From a virus, in the IMG/VR virus record IMGVR_UViG_3300045806_000063, positions 117,109-181,108 of that record: DNA of 64,000 nucleotides; one strand, 5' to 3'. Below the pieces are notes generated by a model, which did no database searches, had not been told where the DNA came from, and saw nothing but the letters and a program-made list of their open reading frames with translations. Positions 58,681-64,000 of the stretch are shown here, in pieces. Both the position numbers and the translations under genes were made by a program. The number at the start of each line of letters is the position of its first letter. The stretch's first letter is position 1.

Positions 58681-60308
58681 AAAAAACCAGTTAAGTTTAG
58701 CGGTATCAATTTATTGGCCTCCTCTACATTATCAGATTGACCATGCTCACATACAGGACAAGGAAAGTTTGGAACACCAGCCCAAGTCATAGTGTAATCT
58801 TCTTTAAATGCTTTCACTAAAGCGATCAGTTTAGGTGTAGCCTCTTCATCAGATGAGTAATTTTCAGAGAGCACCTTTAAGATACTTTCCCGGTTATTGA
58901 TTACTTTTGGATTACTTGGATCGTCAAGATCCCTAATCTCAATGAATGAGATATAAGGAGTAAACTTACCCAGAAAGATCTCCATAGCGTATTTGCGAGC
59001 TCTGTTAACTTTAAACTGTTTAAACTGTCCTTCTGACAAGTTTACTGATCTGTTTTGTTCAACCACTGTTGAGATATACTGCATGATACTATTGCACCAG
59101 AGGTTAGCCTCTTGGAAGTATTCAGTCAGTGTTGGTATTTTAAACTTGACCCAGTTTTCAATGTTAAATGATTCGTTACTAAATTTCTTGAACAGTTGAA
59201 AATTGTTAGACGTAGAATTAAAAATATCAAAACGTCTATTTTGGTAGGCTCTTACTTCTTCTTCAGTAACAACTTTCTTGCTCCAGTATACCATATCTTC
59301 TTCGGTGAGCATCTCATACCGACTATTACAGACCAGGTTAAAGTTAAGTTTTGAGTCAGCTAAATAGGTTCCATTTTCATCCCTTTTAGCTTCTATGCTA
59401 TGGGTGCAATCTGGGTTTGTACAAGGGTGCCACACTGGGTAACCCCTAGGGTACATTGCCGCTAAGCCAACTGCCTTCAGTGATACTAAGTCAGTTACCA
59501 GTATTAAGTCTCTGAGCTTATTCTTATCAGATGGCCTGGCATTAAACTCCATTACATTTGAACCAGTAACTTTATCCAGGATGAAGTTAGCAATGATTAC
59601 CTGGAGAACAACATCGTCTCCAGTATAAGTGGAACCTGCAGTATTTCTTCCAGTGCTATCATTAGCCACTGCAAGCATTAGAGATAACGTTGAAGCTTCA
59701 GTTGTGCTGAATGGGCTAATTGATAAAGTAATACCGCTACCCCACAGGGTGGCATTCTCTGACATACTGCCACCCATAGACTGGGAAGCCACTATTTGGG
59801 CTGCTAAACCATCCAGAGTGTTTGGTAATTTTCTTATGTCTTCTTTACGTTTAAAGATACCTAATCGATTGCCATCGTTAGTTGATAAGCGTTGAACCCA
59901 GTTATCAGTTTCAAATACCTTAGCATAATTTTCATTTTCATTGAATACCACACTACCTAGAGTCATTACTTCCTGCAACAAAGTTTTATACCGGTCATGT
60001 TCCTTAGACCCCTCAGGATGTCTACTCATCCGCTCAAGCAAGTGCTCTGCAAATGCATCAATACTGTTAATAGACTCCCGTGACATAGGTAGTGGTGCTA
60101 CAGTCTCCAAGCAGGTGGCAGGATCGATATCTTTTATATACGGAGATAGATGCGGATTAGCTTTCGGTTTAATTACCTCAGTAGCTGGAGCAGCACTAGC
60201 GGCTTCATATACAGGGGCATGTATCGGAGACGGATCAGTATCCAAATTAAACTGTTCTTCTACTGCTACACGGTTAAGGGTAGCTGGTCTACTAGTTTGA
60301 TGTGTCAT
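58647..60308 (-). CDS. Conserved core protein, probable tail/baseplate assembly chaperone
   Basis: 553 aa; HPCT..C and CPVC motifs; ends ...GFF at a slippery site like G/GT chaperones. Confidence 0.6.
   Translation of the reverse strand: MTHQTSRPATLNRVAVEEQFNLDTDPSPIHAPVYEAASAAPATEVIKPKANPHLSPYIKDIDPATCLETVAPLPMSRESINSIDAFAEHLLERMSRHPEGSKEHDRYKTLLQEVMTLGSVVFNENENYAKVFETDNWVQRLSTNDGNRLGIFKRKEDIRKLPNTLDGLAAQIVASQSMGGSMSENATLWGSGITLSISPFSTTEASTLSLMLAVANDSTGRNTAGSTYTGDDVVLQVIIANFILDKVTGSNVMEFNARPSDKNKLRDLILVTDLVSLKAVGLAAMYPRGYPVWHPCTNPDCTHSIEAKRDENGTYLADSKLNFNLVCNSRYEMLTEEDMVYWSKKVVTEEEVRAYQNRRFDIFNSTSNNFQLFKKFSNESFNIENWVKFKIPTLTEYFQEANLWCNSIMQYISTVVEQNRSVNLSEGQFKQFKVNRARKYAMEIFLGKFTPYISFIEIRDLDDPSNPKVINNRESILKVLSENYSSDEEATPKLIALVKAFKEDYTMTWAGVPNFPCPVCEHGQSDNVEEANKLIPLNLTGFFYNLMFWRFDS
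58679..58686 (-). promoter_or_regulatory. Predicted -1 ribosomal frameshift site (T TTT TTT)
   Basis: GGT TTT TTT TAC ten codons before the zero-frame stop; X XXY YYZ heptamer. Confidence 0.65.
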
Positions 60309-60855
60309 TAGTTACTTCCTCTTTTGCTTGTTTATATTGAGCTTGGGCTATTGTCAGATTAGCCAGCATTGGAACAATCAGTCTGAGCATATCAGATTTT
60401 AAATTATTCAACCCTATTACTGCTGCATTGAACTTTAATAGTTCTCCACCATCACGAGGTTTACCAGTACCGGAGACTACGATACCTTTAAGTCCAGTAA
60501 AACAATACCGGATATCATCGGTATATGACCTTAATAGTGAAGGTGTAAGACCACTTAAAGCCAGATCTTCTTTTGCAAGATTACTGAATAATGCTGCCAG
60601 CTCAGTGACGACTTGTAAGCTTCTGATCATTTCATTCTTTTCAGAAACTATACCCTCCCAACATTCACCGGATTTGACTGCTCGCACAGCCTGCTTATGT
60701 GTCATACCTGTCCCTCTTTGTGTAAGTTTAATAGTACGTTTATCGATCATTCTTTGTGCTACAGGTCCCCGTTCTAAAACTACTTCATTTGAAGTTAGTT
60801 CAGGGCTAGAGCCCTCTATATAGTCACTAGGGTTATCATCTATTGTGAAATGCAT
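60292..60855 (-). CDS. Conserved hypothetical protein
   Basis: 187 aa helical protein, overlapping the chaperone-like gene start. Confidence 0.6.
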   Translation of the reverse strand: MHFTIDDNPSDYIEGSSPELTSNEVVLERGPVAQRMIDKRTIKLTQRGTGMTHKQAVRAVKSGECWEGIVSEKNEMIRSLQVVTELAALFSNLAKEDLALSGLTPSLLRSYTDDIRYCFTGLKGIVVSGTGKPRDGGELLKFNAAVIGLNNLKSDMLRLIVPMLANLTIAQAQYKQAKEEVTNDTSN

Positions 60856-60926
60856 TCTTTTGTCCTTTTAGTTATTATACATTAAATTTATATTTGTTTT
60901 TTTAATTTATCACCACGGAATTTATC

Positions 60927-61772
60927 ATGGATTTAACACTACCTTACTTTGATGGTCTACATCATATTCTCTCAGAGTATAAGCTTGAGCTTTTTTATGA
61001 AATAGAACAGCAATTTAACATAATTAACTACACGACCCATGCCGACGATATAGCAATCTTTCAAAACATGTTTCCTAATGCCACAGGTGCTGATCGTGGG
61101 AACTTAATTGAAAGTATGTATCGTGAACACATTGATGCGGTCTTAGGTATGCAGGGGATTTTCTTAGCAGATCCATTTACTAGCAAACTATCTGATATCG
61201 TTACGATATTAGTAGGTTGTACAAAGTTAGCTACTAATCATTTATCTGAATTAGAATTAAGCACAGATGCAGATACTGAATCAACAGATGAAGTTTACTT
61301 TGCATCTATCCTGGCAGCCATTACTGGTCTTAGTGAATATACCATTATGGAGCATATTAAAACAATTTCAGAAACTACCCTTGAATACTTGAGGAATAAC
61401 ATTCCCCTACCTCATATTGAAATAAACCATAGTAATCTGTCAAAGGACAGATTTATGAAAGCTTTACAAGTAATAGATAATGTAGGAATTACAGTCAATG
61501 CTATCAGGGAGATTAACGCATTCGATTACAGTCCAATAAATTTATTACTCATGACTATTGATGATTTAGAAAAAATAACAGATCATCAAACATTAGCTAA
61601 TGAGATCACCCTAAACGTATTAGGTAGTCATACCTTAGAGCCTACCTTAGAGGTTACTGCACTGGATATACTCAGTAGAGTCTTAGCTGTGGGTGCTGAT
61701 AACTTTAAAGTCGCTGCTTTAATTTCAAGATATTTTAAATTACGAATTTTAAGTGAGGGAGATAATGAATAA
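60927..61772 (+). CDS. Conserved (probable virion) protein, phiKZ gp79 position
   Basis: 281 aa, coupled to the vRNAP subunit; synteny. Confidence 0.55.
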   Translation: MDLTLPYFDGLHHILSEYKLELFYEIEQQFNIINYTTHADDIAIFQNMFPNATGADRGNLIESMYREHIDAVLGMQGIFLADPFTSKLSDIVTILVGCTKLATNHLSELELSTDADTESTDEVYFASILAAITGLSEYTIMEHIKTISETTLEYLRNNIPLPHIEINHSNLSKDRFMKALQVIDNVGITVNAIREINAFDYSPINLLLMTIDDLEKITDHQTLANEITLNVLGSHTLEPTLEVTALDILSRVLAVGADNFKVAALISRYFKLRILSEGDNE

Positions 61773-63039
61773 ACGTGACTTTTTTATACACTCTATTAAT
61801 GATACATTATTCCTTAATAGGGGATGGAATGAGATCTGCTTTAGTATAATGATAGAAGATTCTCCTGATCATCACTTAGAGACTCATGGGGTATATCTTA
61901 AAGGTAATAAACTATATGGACGAGTAGATGGTAAAGCTGTAGAAATTGAAGACTATGTTAAAGGGAGACCACTCTACTATCCAGAGGAAGAACTATTCAT
62001 TAAAGCACATGAGATCAAATGTGTTAAACGTGATTTATATACCAGTTACGGCATTGGGTTAATGAATGCTTACTTTATTGAGTACCCTTATGAGGGTCTG
62101 GTAGAATTTGTAAATAGCACAGAAGGGAAACCGATTAAAGCTAATCAGATGAATGATATTGCATTACATCAATTCCTACACGGTCCTGGTACGGTTCAAG
62201 AGAGGGTAGCAAGACATAAAAGATTTGAAAATGATGTAGGACCAATTACATGTTTAGCCGAATGTGCAATTACTCCTGCTTCAGAAAAGACAGTAACTGC
62301 TAACCCTGAAAATGCTAAGCGAAAAAAGGAATTGTTAGAATTACATAAAAACAATTTATCAGATCCTGCAGTGTTAGCTAATATACAGAAAGAACTAGAA
62401 GATTTAGATCGTAAATATCTAGAAGGTGATGAAGCTGAGTACTACCTCAGCTCAAAGAAAGCTAGAGCATCGCGTACTAGGGTATACAATATACATGGTG
62501 GTGAGACTGATTTCTTTAACCCTGGTAAGATGATATTAGTAGAGAACTCCCTACATGAAGGGTATCAGTTAAAAGACGTACCAGTAATGGCTAATCAGAT
62601 CAGGGAAGGCAGTTACCATCGAGCTATCTCCACTGCTAATGGCGGAGCTGAGGTTAAGAAAACTGGGCGTATATTTCAAAACTACACAATTGTTCATCAA
62701 CCATGTACTACGAAGAACACTATTCGTAGAGCTATTAATGTGGATAATTATAAACAGTACGCTGGTAGATACCGGTTAAACTCTACAAAGCCTTTAACTG
62801 AATCGGAACTCAAGTCGTCTATCGGTAAGGTGACCCGTATAATGTCACCACAATGGTGTACGTCACCTGGTAATACAGTATGTTCACATTGTATGGGTGA
62901 TAAGGTAACTAACACTAATATAGGTTTAGCTGGTTTAACGAATTCACTTACTAGCAACCTGATGAGTATCGATATGGCCGCCATGCATACCGCAGGCTTA
63001 TCTACCGCTAGGTACAATTACATTGATAGAATTTCTTAG
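61765..63039 (+). CDS. Virion RNA polymerase beta' subunit fragment (phiKZ gp80-like)
   Basis: SLHEG, QIREGSYHRA.STANGG, C.T....; SPQWC....VCSHCMG zinc site; MSIDMAAMH (trigger-loop-like). Confidence 0.85.
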   Translation: MNKRDFFIHSINDTLFLNRGWNEICFSIMIEDSPDHHLETHGVYLKGNKLYGRVDGKAVEIEDYVKGRPLYYPEEELFIKAHEIKCVKRDLYTSYGIGLMNAYFIEYPYEGLVEFVNSTEGKPIKANQMNDIALHQFLHGPGTVQERVARHKRFENDVGPITCLAECAITPASEKTVTANPENAKRKKELLELHKNNLSDPAVLANIQKELEDLDRKYLEGDEAEYYLSSKKARASRTRVYNIHGGETDFFNPGKMILVENSLHEGYQLKDVPVMANQIREGSYHRAISTANGGAEVKKTGRIFQNYTIVHQPCTTKNTIRRAINVDNYKQYAGRYRLNSTKPLTESELKSSIGKVTRIMSPQWCTSPGNTVCSHCMGDKVTNTNIGLAGLTNSLTSNLMSIDMAAMHTAGLSTARYNYIDRIS

Positions 63040-63049
63040 AGGATAACAC

Positions 63050-63550
63050 ATGAAACACACTGCACAAATTGAAGAAGGGTTACTACCTGAGAATGAGACA
63101 GCACCTCTGGTACTTAGTCCTGATCCATTTATTAATGAACAACTGATCAGGGGCTTCACTGGAATAGCTGAAAAGTTTTTAGCAAAGCAGATGTCACAAG
63201 TAGGAAAGCACCATCCTGATATCTACAATGCTTTATCACGTTTATGTCAGAGGGCAGACTATAAAGTCTTTTCTGAAACATTAACAAACTTATTCGATTA
63301 TTTTAATGCTAACAATGCTGGACATTGTAACATTTTGAATATACTGGTAAACGTCACCTCAAGTGGGCTTACCAAAGAACAACAAAACGAATACATTGCA
63401 ATCGTGTCTTTAATCTATGCATTGAGAAATCCAAAGACTAGAGGTGGTATGGCTAAGTCTATGACCTGGGCTAATCTTAGTTCTAGTGTAGGTTCTGCAA
63501 CAGCTAAAGAACTCGTTCCTAAATTGAAACGTTATTTTAATATAATGTAA
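63050..63550 (+). CDS. Conserved hypothetical protein (gp81 position)
   Basis: 166 aa, GAGGA RBS, follows the vRNAP subunit. Confidence 0.6.
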   Translation: MKHTAQIEEGLLPENETAPLVLSPDPFINEQLIRGFTGIAEKFLAKQMSQVGKHHPDIYNALSRLCQRADYKVFSETLTNLFDYFNANNAGHCNILNILVNVTSSGLTKEQQNEYIAIVSLIYALRNPKTRGGMAKSMTWANLSSSVGSATAKELVPKLKRYFNIM

Positions 63551-63639
63551 TTAAAATAAAACATGCATTAGTTATCATTTGTTAAAGGTAGTGTTAAATG
63601 GATTTTACTACCTTTAAAATCTGGATTCATTTAAAGTTC

Positions 63640-63660
63640 AAACATATATTATCTGAGTGA
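63640..63660 (+). promoter_or_regulatory. Early-type promoter (family B core)
   Basis: aaacatatattatctgagtga. Confidence 0.7.
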
Positions 63661-63873
63661 TATTGTTAGTAGTATTTAATCATAAAGGTCAGTTGGGTAT
63701 AACTGGACCATGCGACAAATCGTGGTACTTCGTTTTGTGCTCTGTTGTGGTGATTGTAGTTCATACAACTGCGATAAGTTGGCACCGTCCGGTTAGTGTT
63801 AATATCCGATTTTCTACCGTTCGCATAATAGATGCAAACGGTAACCGGACTAATAATCTCAACTGGCCTTTTT

Positions 63874-64000
63874 GATTAAATACTACTGTAGTATGTTAGA
63901 CTGTTGAGTAATTACTCCTTCCTCGATATCGAGGAAGGAGTAATGATGTATTCTTTATTTTTTTTTCTTTTAAATCGAAAACATATATTATCTGAGTGAT
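63874..64000 (+). repeat. 127-bp terminator-promoter module identical to 33144-33270 (runs to window end)
   Basis: Exact match including palindrome 63911-63944. Confidence 0.95.

Noticed and set aside
63657-63875. 72-aa ORF behind the 63640 promoter
   Set aside because: GTG start lies inside the promoter element with no RBS; coding status unclear (could be a degraded gene or ncRNA)
1-64000. Many 60-130-aa track ORFs antisense to or nested in long genes (e.g. 1586-1924, 5332-5667, 27239-27559, 39856-40224, 55197-55559, 60428-60823)
   Set aside because: No RBS, no motifs, and they shadow well-supported genes; expected by chance
1-64000. tRNA, rRNA or CRISPR array
   Set aside because: No cloverleaf with T-loop/CCA pattern and no regularly spaced repeat-spacer series seen; the repeats here are dispersed

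Overview
64 kb of an AT-rich, phiKZ-like nucleus-forming jumbo phage genome (Chimalliviridae type). All identifications come from motifs, size and synteny with phiKZ as I recall them; no searches were run. Core genes: prohead protease, tail tube and sheath, the gp26-28-like virion block, terminase large subunit, PhuZ tubulin, family-B-like DNA polymerase, chimallin (ChmA), an SbcD-like nuclease, ChmC/sigma-like/PicA candidates, three non-virion RNA polymerase beta/beta' subunits, an SF2 helicase and one virion RNAP beta' subunit. Accessory islands lie between core blocks. Each starts with a TATAT(T/C)ATCT early-type promoter, often inside a reused ~100-bp leader, and ends at a long loop-less palindrome. 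Most notable: (1) two apparent anti-type-III-CRISPR ring-nuclease loci, an intact Csx20-like gene in a GC-richer cassette bounded by 63-bp direct repeats just upstream of chmA, and an unannotated 3' remnant of acrIII-1 (DUF1874); (2) a reusable promoter-leader platform that appears to express foreign genes; (3) a T TTT TTT -1 frameshift site joining a 553-aa core ORF to a start-less downstream ORF, like lambda G/GT; (4) exact in-frame 21-51-nt patches shared between unrelated genes. No tRNA, rRNA, CRISPR array, intron or intein could be supported.
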